A program made the translations under genes and the position numbers. From the NCBI GenBank assembly GCA_017555825.1, contig JAFZFQ010000018.1:8359-72358 (forward strand): 64,000 nucleotides of DNA. Direction: 5' to 3'. The notes below the pieces were generated by a model. It ran no database searches. It was not told the DNA's origin and saw only the letters and a list, made by a program, of their open reading frames with translations. The stretch comes from Bacteroidaceae bacterium. GTDB taxonomy: Bacteria; Bacteroidota; Bacteroidia; Bacteroidales; Barnesiellaceae_A. Each line of letters opens with the position of its first letter. The stretch's first letter is position 1. Positions 48,165-58,689 of the stretch are shown one piece after another.

Positions 48165-49238
48165 ATGAAAAAAGCACTTATCACCGGTATTACAGGTCAA
48201 GATGGCTCTTTCTTGGCCGAGTTCCTGCTCGAAAAAGGCTACGAAGTGCATGGCATCTTGCGTCGTAGTTCCTCTTTCAATACCGCTCGCATCGAGCACC
48301 TTTACCTCGACGAGTGGGTGCGTGATATGAAAAACAAGCGCCTCATAAATCTACACTATGGCGACATGACCGACTCTTCTTCGCTCATTCGCATCATACA
48401 GATGATACAGCCCGACGAGATTTACAACCTTGCTGCCCAAAGCCACGTCAAGGTCAGCTTCGACGTCCCCGAGTATACTGCCGAGGTCGATGCAGTGGGC
48501 ACGTTGCGTCTCTTGGAGGCTGTGCGCATCCTTGGTCTCGAAAAGAAGTGCCGCATATACCAAGCATCTACCAGCGAACTTTTTGGCATGGTACAAGAAG
48601 TCCCTCAAAAGGAGACCACTCCCTTCTATCCTCGTTCGCCCTATGGTGTTGCCAAGCAATACGGTTTCTGGATTACCAAAAACTACCGCGAGGCCTACGG
48701 CATGTTTGCCGTAAACGGTATACTCTTCAACCACGAGAGTGAGCGACGTGGCGAGAACTTTGTTACGCGCAAGATTACGCTTGCCGCTGCTCGCATTGCA
48801 CAGGGATTGCAAGACAAGTTATATCTGGGCAACCTCAACTCGTTGCGCGATTGGGGCTATGCTCGCGACTATGTCGAGTGCATGTGGCTCATGTTGCAAC
48901 ACGACACGCCCGAAGATTTTGTTATCGCTACCGGCGAGTACCACACCGTGCGCGAGTTCTGCTCCATCGCTTTCCGCGAAGCGGGTATCGAGCTACGTTG
49001 GGAGGGTGAGGGTGTCGACGAAAAAGGTATCGACACCAAGACCGGTCGCATACTTGTCGAGGTCGATCCCAAGTTCTTCCGTCCCACCGAGGTCGATCAG
49101 CTCCTGGGCGATCCTGCCAAGGCCAAGACTCTTCTGGGTTGGAATCCCTGTAAGACTCCCTTCGACCAATTGGTGCGCATCATGGTCGAGCATGACCTCA
49201 ACTTTGTCAAGAAACTCCACGCCAAAACTACATTGTAG
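48165..49238 (+). CDS. gmd: GDP-mannose 4,6-dehydratase
   Basis: [40 protein letters not shown].. is canonical Gmd; also has YGVAK. Confidence 0.95.
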   Translation: MKKALITGITGQDGSFLAEFLLEKGYEVHGILRRSSSFNTARIEHLYLDEWVRDMKNKRLINLHYGDMTDSSSLIRIIQMIQPDEIYNLAAQSHVKVSFDVPEYTAEVDAVGTLRLLEAVRILGLEKKCRIYQASTSELFGMVQEVPQKETTPFYPRSPYGVAKQYGFWITKNYREAYGMFAVNGILFNHESERRGENFVTRKITLAAARIAQGLQDKLYLGNLNSLRDWGYARDYVECMWLMLQHDTPEDFVIATGEYHTVREFCSIAFREAGIELRWEGEGVDEKGIDTKTGRILVEVDPKFFRPTEVDQLLGDPAKAKTLLGWNPCKTPFDQLVRIMVEHDLNFVKKLHAKTTL

Positions 49239-50318
49239 ATGGAAAGGAATGCCAAGATATATGTTGCCGGACACCGTGGCCTTGTAGGCTCGGCCATTTG
49301 GAACAACCTCACAGCCAAGGGGTATACCAACTTGGTGGGTCGCACCCATGCTCAGCTCGACCTGCTCGACCCTGTAGCCGTGCGTCGCTTCTTTGACGAG
49401 GAGCAACCCCAATATGTTGTCCTCGCGGCAGCTCACGTTGGCGGTATTATGGCCAACAATACCTATCGTGCCGACTTCATATATGAAAATCTGCAAATCC
49501 AGCAAAACGTCATCGGAGAGAGCTTCCGTCACGGCGTCAAGAAGTTGCTCTTCTTGGGTAGCACCTGCATATATCCCCGCGAGGCACCTCAACCCATGAG
49601 CGAAGATACGCTCCTCACTTCTCCCTTGGAGTACACCAACGAGCCCTACGCCATTGCCAAGATTGCCGGCCTCAAGATGTGCGAGAGCTTCAATATTCAG
49701 TATGGCACCAACTATATTGCTGTCATGCCTACCAATCTCTACGGCCCTCGCGACAATTTCCACCTCGAAAACAGCCACGTTCTCCCCGCGATGATACGCA
49801 AGATTCACCTCGGCAAGCAACTCTACGACGGCAATTACGAGGCGTTGCGTGCCGACCTCAATCTGCGACCGGTCGAAGGCGTAGATGGATCGGCTTCACT
49901 CTCCGACATCGAGCGCATTTTGGCCAAGTATGGCATCACCCGCGAGGCTGTTACCCTTTGGGGCACAGGCACTCCCGTGCGTGAGTTCCTCTGGAGCGAA
50001 GAGATGGCCGACGCTTCGGTTTTTGTACTCGAAAACATTGACTTTACCGACACCTATGCGCCCGATTGCAAGCAGATACGCAACTGTCACATCAACATAG
50101 GTACAGGCAAGGAAATATCTATTCGCGACGTAGCACACTTGATTGTCAATACTATAGGCTATCAAGGTCAACTATGCTTCGATGCAACAAAGCCCGATGG
50201 CACAATGCGCAAGCTCACCGATGTCTCTAAGTTGCATCGCCTCGGTTGGCATCACAAAATCGAGATTGACGAGGGCGTGCAACGTCTATACGAGTGGTAT
50301 CTTTTAGGCGAAAAATAA
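49239..50318 (+). CDS. fcl: GDP-L-fucose synthase
   Basis: IYVAGHRGLVGSAI.., PTNLYGP and YAIAK motifs. Its ATG abuts the gmd TAG (TAGATG). Confidence 0.93.
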   Translation: MERNAKIYVAGHRGLVGSAIWNNLTAKGYTNLVGRTHAQLDLLDPVAVRRFFDEEQPQYVVLAAAHVGGIMANNTYRADFIYENLQIQQNVIGESFRHGVKKLLFLGSTCIYPREAPQPMSEDTLLTSPLEYTNEPYAIAKIAGLKMCESFNIQYGTNYIAVMPTNLYGPRDNFHLENSHVLPAMIRKIHLGKQLYDGNYEALRADLNLRPVEGVDGSASLSDIERILAKYGITREAVTLWGTGTPVREFLWSEEMADASVFVLENIDFTDTYAPDCKQIRNCHINIGTGKEISIRDVAHLIVNTIGYQGQLCFDATKPDGTMRKLTDVSKLHRLGWHHKIEIDEGVQRLYEWYLLGEK

Positions 50319-50349
50319 TCTCTATTTAATCTCTTAATTTATTAGTTTT

Positions 50350-52362
50350 ATGGTAAAAAAAGTATTCTCTCTCTTATCGCTTTTTGTTGCAGCAACCACT
50401 TTGGTAGCTTGTTGCAACAGTAGCTCTCTCTCTGAGGGACAGTGGACTATCTCTTTCGATGAGCAGTCATCGGCTATCGATTTGTCTCAAGGCGACAACA
50501 TCTTGGCCAACGACCTCTATGCTACCTATTGCAATGGCGAGCGCTTGGTGTCGTCTCGCGAATACACACATCGCTCTTTCAAGCAATCCTCTATCAACGA
50601 TGTTTTTGGCGCGGGTAAGGTATTCTCTGTTGTATACACTGCTGAGGGGCTCCCTACGCTCACGCAATCGTTCTACATCTATCCTCATCTCGATTATCTA
50701 CTCACCGACTTTACATTGCAAGCCGATAGCACTGTAGCTTCCAACTACATGGCGCCTGTCAATATCGACTCTGTGCAATCGTTAGATGCCCAAGGCGACG
50801 CACTCCGCATGTTATTTGTTCCCTTCGACAACGACTGCTGGATTCGCTACGCCTCTCACCCCGCACGCTTTGCATCACTCACAAGCTACGAGGTTACTGC
50901 TATGTTCAACAACGACTCTCGTTGCGGTTATGTAGTAGGTTCGGTCGAGCACGATGCTTGGAAAACCGCTATCACCACTACTTGCGACACACTCGCCGGC
51001 ACTTTTGCCTCTTTGCGTTGTTACGGTGGTGTAGCCGACTCGCTCACTCGCGACTCTAAGCCTCACGGTACACTCAAGGCTGCTTCTATCAAGTCGCCCA
51101 AGGTCATGTTGGGCCGTTTTGCCGATTGGCGCGATGGCCTCGACACTTACGGCGAGGCTAATGCTCTCGTTGCTCCTCCCAAGGCTTGGGACAAGGCCGT
51201 GCCTTTTGGTTGGAACAGTTGGGGTGCTTTGCAATTCGACCTCACATACGACAAGGCTATCGAGGTTTCCGACTTCTACCGCGACCACTTGCAATGCAAC
51301 AACTTCCACAATGCCGACACGCTTGTTTACACAGGTCTCGACTCGGGTTGGAACAGCTTCACCGAAGACCAACTTCGTGCCTTTGTTGAGCGTTGCAAGG
51401 CCAACGGTCAAGTTGCCGGTATCTATTGGACTCCCTTCGTGCATTGGGGTCGCAATCCTCATCAATATATCGAGCATGGCGATGGTTACCAATTCAAGGA
51501 CGTATATCTCTATGCCAACGGCAAGCACCAAACGCTCGACGGTGGTCGTGCCATAGACCCCACTCACCCCGCTATTGAGGCTACTATGAAGTATTTCTCC
51601 GACCTCTTTACTCGCCTTGGTTATGAGTATGTCAAGCTCGACTTCATGACTCACGGTGCTATGGAGGCCGATAGCTGGTATCGACCCGAAATTCAAACCG
51701 GTATTCAAGCCTACAACTATGGCCTTAACCTCATAGAGAAGTATTTCGGTCACATGTACATCAACTTCTCTATCTCGCCTGCATTCCCAGCTCAGTATGC
51801 TCAGTCGCGCCGTATCGCTTGCGATGCGTGGAACAAAATCAAAGATACCGAGTACACTCTCAATGCTCTCTCTTACGGTTGGTGGCTCGACAAGCCATAC
51901 CAATTCAACGACCCCGACCACATTGTATTGCGCAATGCTACCGAGGGCGAAAACCGTGCCCGTGTCACTTCGGGTGTCATCACAGGTATTTTCATCTGTG
52001 GCGACGACTTTAGTGCCGGTGGTGCCGAGGTTGACAAGCTCCGTGCCAAGAAGTTCTTGACCAACGCCGAGATTATCTCTATCGCCAATGGTGTATCTTT
52101 CCGTCCCGTCGAGGGTTGTGGCGAGCGTAGCGAAAACCAATTCATCCGCTTTGAGGAAGACGGAACTGCCTACTACGCTATTTTCAACTATACCGACTCT
52201 CCTCTCAACGCTACTGTCGATATGCAACGCATAGGTCTTGATGCCGAGGCTACCTACGCCATGCGCGAGTTGTGGAGCGGTGTCGAGAGTGAGGCTGCTG
52301 CTTCATTCCAAGTTGAAGTACCCGCGGCCGATGTTGCTATCTTCCGCATCATCAAGAAATAA
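50350..52362 (+). CDS. lipoprotein, clan GH-D (GH27/GH36 melibiase-like) glycoside hydrolase
   Basis: 670 aa. The lipobox is LVAC. FGWNSWG and YVKLDFM motifs resemble the alpha-galactosidase (beta/alpha)8 core. Substrate specificity is unknown. Confidence 0.55.
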   Translation: MVKKVFSLLSLFVAATTLVACCNSSSLSEGQWTISFDEQSSAIDLSQGDNILANDLYATYCNGERLVSSREYTHRSFKQSSINDVFGAGKVFSVVYTAEGLPTLTQSFYIYPHLDYLLTDFTLQADSTVASNYMAPVNIDSVQSLDAQGDALRMLFVPFDNDCWIRYASHPARFASLTSYEVTAMFNNDSRCGYVVGSVEHDAWKTAITTTCDTLAGTFASLRCYGGVADSLTRDSKPHGTLKAASIKSPKVMLGRFADWRDGLDTYGEANALVAPPKAWDKAVPFGWNSWGALQFDLTYDKAIEVSDFYRDHLQCNNFHNADTLVYTGLDSGWNSFTEDQLRAFVERCKANGQVAGIYWTPFVHWGRNPHQYIEHGDGYQFKDVYLYANGKHQTLDGGRAIDPTHPAIEATMKYFSDLFTRLGYEYVKLDFMTHGAMEADSWYRPEIQTGIQAYNYGLNLIEKYFGHMYINFSISPAFPAQYAQSRRIACDAWNKIKDTEYTLNALSYGWWLDKPYQFNDPDHIVLRNATEGENRARVTSGVITGIFICGDDFSAGGAEVDKLRAKKFLTNAEIISIANGVSFRPVEGCGERSENQFIRFEEDGTAYYAIFNYTDSPLNATVDMQRIGLDAEATYAMRELWSGVESEAAASFQVEVPAADVAIFRIIKK

Positions 52363-52412
52363 TTGTGAGCCCTGCGCTCTATATATAATATATGTAACAT
52401 TCGACACACGAT

Positions 52413-53282
52413 ATGGACTATATCAAACTTCTCAGACCCGCACAGTGGAGCAAGAATCTCTTCGTCTTCCTTCCACTATTCTTTGCTCAGAATATCGACA
52501 ATCTGCCTCGCCTATTGGCGGTTATAGTAGCCTTTGTGGCGCTTTGTTTGGCAAGTAGCTCTATATATCTGCTCAATGATATGTGCGATGTTGAGTTCGA
52601 TCGCAAGCACCCCGAAAAGTGTCGTCGTCCTATCGCTTCGGGCAGGGTTTCCCTGCCCGCGGCTCGAGTGTTATATGCCTTGCTTCTCACTCTTTCGCTT
52701 GCTGTCGTTGCGATATTTTTGCCTTCGGTACCCATGTTTGTAGTCTTGGGTACATACTTGCTCATCAATCATGCCTACTCGTTGCGGCTCAAGCATGTAG
52801 CCATTCTCGATGTCATGTTGGTGGCGTTCGGCTTTGTCTTACGCATCATTGCCGGTGCTCTTGCTGCCGATGTTGTTCCCTCACATTGGATTATCATCAT
52901 GACATTTCTCTTGGCGCTCTTCCTTGTCTTGGCCAAGCGTCGCGATGATGTTATCAAGTACGAGCGCACGCAAGCCGTTGCTCGTCGCAACGTCACTGCC
53001 TACAATCGCAACTACCTCGACCACGTTATTACGCTTGTTGCTGCCATCACGTTGGTGAGCTACATCATGTACACCGTCGACGAGGATATTGTTGCTCGCT
53101 TTCAATGCAACTACGTCTACGCTACCGCTATCTTTGTTTTGGCTGGCATCTTGCGATATTTGCAGATTACGCTTGTCGACGAGAAGAGTTGGAGTCCCAC
53201 CAAGATAATCATGCGCGACCGTTTCTTGCAACTCTGTGTCTCGGGTTGGTTGTTACTTTTTGCCTACATCATCTATGGATAA
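52413..53282 (+). CDS. UbiA-family prenyltransferase, decaprenyl-phosphate phosphoribosyltransferase-like
   Basis: 289 aa. MDYIKLLRPAQWSKNLFVFLPLFFA.. and the NDxxD motif (LLNDMCDVEFDRKHP) are typical of DPPR-synthase-type UbiA enzymes. About 8 TM segments. Confidence 0.75.
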   Translation: MDYIKLLRPAQWSKNLFVFLPLFFAQNIDNLPRLLAVIVAFVALCLASSSIYLLNDMCDVEFDRKHPEKCRRPIASGRVSLPAARVLYALLLTLSLAVVAIFLPSVPMFVVLGTYLLINHAYSLRLKHVAILDVMLVAFGFVLRIIAGALAADVVPSHWIIIMTFLLALFLVLAKRRDDVIKYERTQAVARRNVTAYNRNYLDHVITLVAAITLVSYIMYTVDEDIVARFQCNYVYATAIFVLAGILRYLQITLVDEKSWSPTKIIMRDRFLQLCVSGWLLLFAYIIYG

Positions 53283-53910
53283 GCCTGTAGTTGCACTCTT
53301 CGATTTCGACGGCACAATCACACGTAGCGATACATTGCCTCTATTCATTCGTCATGCTACAGGGTGGGGCGGTTTGGCGCTATCTATGCTCTCTACACTC
53401 CCGGCTATGGTCATTCTGGCTTGCTCGGGTTGGAAGTCGGTTTGGGGCATCGATGCCGGTTCTACCAAGGAGCGACTCTTGCGCCGCTGTTTTGCCTCGC
53501 GCACAGTTGACGATGTGGCTTGTCTCGGCAACCAATTCATACCCAAGGTCAATGCTGTTCTTGCTCCTGCAGTAGTCGAGCGTATGCAATGGCACAAGGC
53601 TCAAGGACACAAGGTTGTCGTTGTCTCGGCAAGTGTCGATGTGTGGGTCAAGCCCTGGTGCGACGCCCACGGTGTCGATGAGGTCATTGCTACCCGTTTG
53701 CAAGTCGAGGGAAACACCTATACAGGTCGTTTCATGGGCCCCAACTGCAACGGTCGTGAGAAAGTGGCTCGCATAGCGGAGCTCTACACACCCGACCATT
53801 ATCATCTCGTGGCCTACGGCAACAGCTCGGGCGACTATCCCATGTTTCGATATGCTCACGAGGCTTTTCTATGCACCGATGGTAGCATAGCGCCTTTTCA
53901 AGAACCTTAG
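53275..53910 (+). CDS. HAD-IB family hydrolase/phosphatase
   Basis: MDKPVVALFDFDGTIT (DxDGT motif), SASVD and GNSSGD motifs. Its ATG overlaps the UbiA stop (ATGGATAA). Confidence 0.75.
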   Translation: MDKPVVALFDFDGTITRSDTLPLFIRHATGWGGLALSMLSTLPAMVILACSGWKSVWGIDAGSTKERLLRRCFASRTVDDVACLGNQFIPKVNAVLAPAVVERMQWHKAQGHKVVVVSASVDVWVKPWCDAHGVDEVIATRLQVEGNTYTGRFMGPNCNGREKVARIAELYTPDHYHLVAYGNSSGDYPMFRYAHEAFLCTDGSIAPFQEP

Positions 53911-54029
53911 GTTATTATCACTCTCTCTTATCTCTTATGTCCTGCGTCGCCCTCACGATGCACCGATTGACGTTTGTCAAAAAATCAAAGAAAAAGCACA
54001 AATTATTTCCTCGCAACAAAGTGATTTGC

Positions 54030-54037
54030 TATATTTG
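54030..54037 (+). promoter_or_regulatory. candidate Bacteroidetes -7 box (TAnnTTTG)
   Basis: TATATTTG, 103 nt upstream of ATG 54140. The 7-bp inverted repeat ACATTTT..AAAATGT (54043-54059) follows it. Confidence 0.4.
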
Positions 54038-54139
54038 ACAAAACATTTTTGCAAAATGTAAATTTATACGCACTTTGTTTTTGCAATTTTACTCGATTTT
54101 AATAACCTTAATAGATAACCTGTTTATTATCAAACAACA

Positions 54140-57100
54140 ATGAAAAGGCTTTCACTATTTTTGGCATTTGCCTTCTGTATCGTGGTTGCTATGGTAGCGC
54201 AGAGTACCATTCAACTCACGACTTCACGTCCTGTGGGCGAAGAGTTTGTCATGACTCTATACTCTACATCGAGCAACGACCCCTTTACTATCGATTGGGG
54301 CGATGGCTCTAAGACTACTCACAATGTGTCGCCTACCGATATTCCCTATTTTCAACGCATTGCAGGTACACTCCGTGGCAATACACTCACCATTACAGGC
54401 AACATTGTTCACCTCACTGCCACCGAGCAAGCTATTACATCTGTCGAGATTGCCAATCAAACACACCTCAAAGAGCTCTGCTTGTCGCAAAACGAACTCT
54501 CGCACATAGCTTTCGTGGGCGATGCTGCTCCCTTGCAGTCATTGCAACTCAACAACAACCGGCTCACCAATAGCACCGAGAGCAATCCCACGCTGGGCCT
54601 TGAGGTTTTTGCTTCAACTCTCAGCACCCTCGATCTCTCCAACAACAACCTCATTTGCCTCAATATTCAAGAGCTGGTCAATCTCAAGGAGCTGTATATT
54701 AAGGACAACCCCTTGTTTACATCTATCTTCATTGCCATGCCCGAGGAGTCGCGCGACATCGAAAAAATCGATCTCTCTAATGGCGACCTCTCGCACTTCT
54801 ATCCCATATACATGCCCAAGCTCACCTCCTTGCACCTTGCCAACAATACGCTCATGGAGGACTTTGTTATCGACCACTACTATCCTGCGCTCAAATATCT
54901 CTCTATCAATGGCAACTACATCCCCGCTATCGATGTTACAGAGTGTGCCAAGTTGGAGCAGTTCGATTGTTCGCGCAACTACTTGACCAATCTCGATGTC
55001 TCGCAAAATGCGCAACTCACACAATTGCTCTGTTCGGCCAATCAACTTTCGGCTATCAACGTTTCCAACAACGTCATGCTCACTACCTTGTCGTGCGATA
55101 GCAACAACATTGCCAAGATCGACCTTTTGCAAAACAACAAGTTGCAATACATCAACGTGTCGAGCAACCCCATCTCTTTTATCGACCTTTCACAAGCCTA
55201 CAACCTGCGTCGTTTTGAGGCGGCTGCTACCTTGTGCGACTACTTCTATTTCAACCACGTCAATCCTGCCGGTCGTTTCGAGTATGTCGATGTGCGCGAC
55301 AACCCCAACCTCACTGCCGATGCGCTCAACTGCATGTACAAGACCATGCCCGTGCATCATGGTAGCTCCTACAGTGCCAACTTGCTCATAAGTGGCTCTA
55401 ATGGAGAGACCTCCGATACTTCATACCCCAACAGCACCGACATGGGTTGGAAAACCGATATTCAAGGCGACGGTACTGCCACCAATCACTTGGTCGACGT
55501 TACATTCGATGCAGTCAAGTCGGGCAATACAATCGACATTACAGGCACTTTTGGCGGTATCAATGCCGACCAATCTTATACCTTTGCCGAGTATACTACC
55601 GAGTTTGGTACTTTTGCTGTGGCTCAATGGGATACTCCTTATTATCAAAAGTTTAAAGAGGTTACCGACAAGGCCAATGTGGGTGTACCCATCGTTGTGT
55701 TTGCATTTCCCAAGGTGGGATACAAGTTCAAGAACATAGAGATTGACGGTCGCGTGGTAGAGAACAACACCTTTGTTATCAACCAAGCCGCCAATGTAAA
55801 GGTAAACTTTGCCGTTGAAGAAAACTCTATCACTTTCACTACTACCCAAGGCATTCCCTTGTCATTCCAACTTGGTGGACCCGACCTCAGCAATACAATT
55901 GAGATCGATTGGGGTAATGGTAGCCGTCAGCAATACACCATTCCTCAATATGCCGACTATACCATCGCCGGTGGTCGCATTGAGGGCACATCTATGGGCT
56001 CTACTGTTACCATTTACGGTAATGTTATATATGCCAACTTCGAGAGCGAACCCTACTTTGTGGGTTGGGACAACCAGATTACAGCCATCGACCTCTCGCA
56101 AAATACTTATCTCGAATATCTCGACCTCTATTGGAACCCTGTTCGCACCCTCAATCTTGCCGGCATGAGCCGTCTTGAGGTATTGGGTGTGAGTTACACC
56201 GCGCTCAAAGAGCTCAACTTGGCAGGCGCTTCCAACCTCTTGCAACTCGAATGTTATAGCGATGGTTACGGTTTTGAGGAAGACGGTATCGCATTGCTCT
56301 CGCAACTCGATATCTCTAAGACTCCCAAGTTGCGCTACCTCGATGCCAAGAACAACCGCCTCGAAACCATCAACTTTGCCTACAACAGCGACTTGAACTA
56401 TATCAATATTTCAAACAACAATATTTCCTATGTCGATGTTACCAACCTGCCTACTTTGTGGTATTTCATGGCGGCCGACAACGAGCTTACTCAACTCGAT
56501 TTGTCACAAAACATACAGTTGGTAGAGTTGGCTTTGAGCAACAACAACCTCACCGAACTCAATCTTTCTAATAACAATAGTATACAATTATTGTCTATTG
56601 AAAATAATGCTATCGCAACACTCGATTTGAGCGGTATGGCCAACCTTATGCAACTCAAAATAGGTGGCAACGGCCTCACTGCTTGTCAGCTCAACGACAT
56701 CTACTACTCATTGCCTCAATATCCCGAACTCACCCAAGAGGAGCAAGATGCCATAGCGGGCTATCCCTTGAATGTGGGTCAAGCCGGTGAAGCAACCCCC
56801 AACGACTCTTACGGTGCCGATGCTTCTATCGCTACTTCAAAGGGTTGGAGCATCAACATTGCCGGCAATGGCAATGGTTGCGAGACTGCCTATATCGACA
56901 TCGTTCCCTCTGAGAATGGCTCTATCCGCTTGTACGATGTTGACAATAACGAGATTTTATCGGGTACTACCACCCTGCGCAATAGTGACATCACTGTGGT
57001 CGCTACGCCTGCCGAGGGTTATGCCTACACCTCTGTTTTGCTGAACGATGTAGAGGAAGTCAAGGGCAACACATTCATGATTGGTGCCTACTGCCGTGTG

Positions 57101-57352
57101 CAAGGTCTCTTCAATAGCAACCAAGCAATCGACGACAATCTCTCTCGCACTACTCGCGTCTTTGCCACTCGCGGTGCTATACATGTCGAGGCTCACGAGC
57201 GCGTGATGGTTGCAGTATACACTATCGATGGTCGCTTGGTATATGAGACTGCCGTACTCGACAACGTCTCAATACCCACACCCTCGGGCATGTATATCGT
57301 GCGAGTTGTCGACAACAACCAAACCGAAACACACACCATAGCCGTGCAATAA
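54140..57352 (+). CDS. leucine-rich repeat surface protein with T9SS C-terminal sorting domain
   Basis: 1070 aa with a signal peptide. Two blocks of ~22-aa LRRs (L..LDLS.N.L..L) are each preceded by a ..DWG[DN]GS.. module. InlB-B-repeat-like segments are present. The C-terminus ..VAVYTIDGRLVYE..GMYIVRVVDNNQTETHTIAVQ is CTD-like. Confidence 0.8.
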   Translation: MKRLSLFLAFAFCIVVAMVAQSTIQLTTSRPVGEEFVMTLYSTSSNDPFTIDWGDGSKTTHNVSPTDIPYFQRIAGTLRGNTLTITGNIVHLTATEQAITSVEIANQTHLKELCLSQNELSHIAFVGDAAPLQSLQLNNNRLTNSTESNPTLGLEVFASTLSTLDLSNNNLICLNIQELVNLKELYIKDNPLFTSIFIAMPEESRDIEKIDLSNGDLSHFYPIYMPKLTSLHLANNTLMEDFVIDHYYPALKYLSINGNYIPAIDVTECAKLEQFDCSRNYLTNLDVSQNAQLTQLLCSANQLSAINVSNNVMLTTLSCDSNNIAKIDLLQNNKLQYINVSSNPISFIDLSQAYNLRRFEAAATLCDYFYFNHVNPAGRFEYVDVRDNPNLTADALNCMYKTMPVHHGSSYSANLLISGSNGETSDTSYPNSTDMGWKTDIQGDGTATNHLVDVTFDAVKSGNTIDITGTFGGINADQSYTFAEYTTEFGTFAVAQWDTPYYQKFKEVTDKANVGVPIVVFAFPKVGYKFKNIEIDGRVVENNTFVINQAANVKVNFAVEENSITFTTTQGIPLSFQLGGPDLSNTIEIDWGNGSRQQYTIPQYADYTIAGGRIEGTSMGSTVTIYGNVIYANFESEPYFVGWDNQITAIDLSQNTYLEYLDLYWNPVRTLNLAGMSRLEVLGVSYTALKELNLAGASNLLQLECYSDGYGFEEDGIALLSQLDISKTPKLRYLDAKNNRLETINFAYNSDLNYINISNNNISYVDVTNLPTLWYFMAADNELTQLDLSQNIQLVELALSNNNLTELNLSNNNSIQLLSIENNAIATLDLSGMANLMQLKIGGNGLTACQLNDIYYSLPQYPELTQEEQDAIAGYPLNVGQAGEATPNDSYGADASIATSKGWSINIAGNGNGCETAYIDIVPSENGSIRLYDVDNNEILSGTTTLRNSDITVVATPAEGYAYTSVLLNDVEEVKGNTFMIGAYCRVQGLFNSNQAIDDNLSRTTRVFATRGAIHVEAHERVMVAVYTIDGRLVYETAVLDNVSIPTPSGMYIVRVVDNNQTETHTIAVQ

Positions 57353-57375
57353 TCGGCTACTTAAACCACAATAAA

Positions 57376-57417
57376 ATAGGCTGCGCCCAAAGTTTCAGGG
57401 TGCAGCCTATTTTTTTT
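57376..57417. terminator. rho-independent terminator between convergent genes
   Basis: ATAGGCTGC (57376-84) / GCAGCCTAT (57402-10), followed by a 7-T run. Confidence 0.65.
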
Positions 57418-57462
57418 CTATAAGATCGAGAGTTGTACCTCTGTGGGTCGCTCTTTATAGCT

Positions 57463-58236
57463 CTACCACTCGGCTCTCTTAAATCGTCGCTTCAACATTA
57501 TGTCGTTTATATTCACGCCCTCGTCGAGGGTGTTCAGGTCTACATATCCATTTATACCCTCTACCACACCGCGATTGCTATATTGCCATATTGTACACTC
57601 ACGCTTGTCTTCGAGCGAGGGCGAGGGCTTGAATTGGTAGGCTCCATAGCGTGCTATCCACAAGATGTGGTCGTCAAATGAGCGTTGCAACAGGTAGTTA
57701 TAGAAGCGTTGGTGTGTGTAGATAATAGGACGCGTACCCCATTGTGCAAGTATCATTGATGAGAATTTCTCCAAGCTGTCGCATATCTGCTTGCTGGGCT
57801 TGCGACCTTTCTCTTCAATATCTACAACGGGTATGAGGTCTTGGGTAGAGAGGTCTACAAGGCTCATAAAGTTCTTGTATTGCACTGCTACAGGCACGTT
57901 GGGGTGGAAGTAGTGGTAGCTACCCACTGCAAGTCCTGCTCGGCGCGCTTGCTCTGTATTGTAGCGGTATAGCGAGTCTTTGTGTGATGAGCCTTCGGTG
58001 GCTTTGATGTAGACAAACTTGATGTTGGTCTCGCTACCTACACGATCCCAATCGATCTTGCCTTGATAGTGCGACACGTCGATACCCTGTTTGTCCCAAT
58101 CGCCACAGCATCCCAGATCATCGGGCTGTTGTTCTATGATGGTAAGTGCTATCACGCCTACGATTGTCATAGCCGATAGTGCCACCAAGAGTTTGCCCAA
58201 TGCGTTGAGGCGAAAGATTTTCTTTTCTCCTGTCAT
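57463..58236 (-). CDS. membrane-anchored GH25 muramidase (lysozyme)
   Basis: An N-terminal TM (LLVALSAMTIVGVIALTII) is followed by GIDVSHYQGKIDWDRV..FVYIKATEG, the GH25 signature. Confidence 0.85.
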   Translation of the reverse strand: MTGEKKIFRLNALGKLLVALSAMTIVGVIALTIIEQQPDDLGCCGDWDKQGIDVSHYQGKIDWDRVGSETNIKFVYIKATEGSSHKDSLYRYNTEQARRAGLAVGSYHYFHPNVPVAVQYKNFMSLVDLSTQDLIPVVDIEEKGRKPSKQICDSLEKFSSMILAQWGTRPIIYTHQRFYNYLLQRSFDDHILWIARYGAYQFKPSPSLEDKRECTIWQYSNRGVVEGINGYVDLNTLDEGVNINDIMLKRRFKRAEW

Positions 58237-58262
58237 TTTATTTCTACTGCCTTGCGGTTTAC

Positions 58263-58682
58263 TTATTTCTCTATTTCAATATATCGGCTCTCGTCGTCGG
58301 CTGTTTTGATGTGTACCGCAACTGCCTCGTCGGGTAGTATCTCGGCTATGTTTTCGGGCCATTCGATAAAGCACAGACTGCCACTGTCAAAGTAGTCTTG
58401 GCAACCCATATCGAGTGCCTCTACAATCTTATTGATGCGGTAGCAGTCAAAGTGATATATAGTGCTGCCATTGCCGGCAAGATACTCATTTACAATGGCA
58501 AATGTAGGACTGTTGATGACATCGGTTACACCCAGCTCCTCGCACACGGCCTTGATGAATGTGGTCTTTCCGGCGCCCATGTGGCCATAGAAGGCAAAGA
58601 TGGTGTCGTTGCCTATGTTGTCGATAAAGGTGCGTGCGGCTTGGTGTATGCGGTCGAGGCTCTCTATTTGTATTTGTATCAT
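58263..58682 (-). CDS. tsaE: tRNA threonylcarbamoyladenosine biosynthesis ATPase TsaE
   Basis: 139 aa. [10 protein letters not shown] Walker [11 protein letters not shown] and HFDCYR motifs. Confidence 0.9.
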   Translation of the reverse strand: MIQIQIESLDRIHQAARTFIDNIGNDTIFAFYGHMGAGKTTFIKAVCEELGVTDVINSPTFAIVNEYLAGNGSTIYHFDCYRINKIVEALDMGCQDYFDSGSLCFIEWPENIAEILPDEAVAVHIKTADDESRYIEIEK

Positions 58683-58689
58683 AGTGTTG

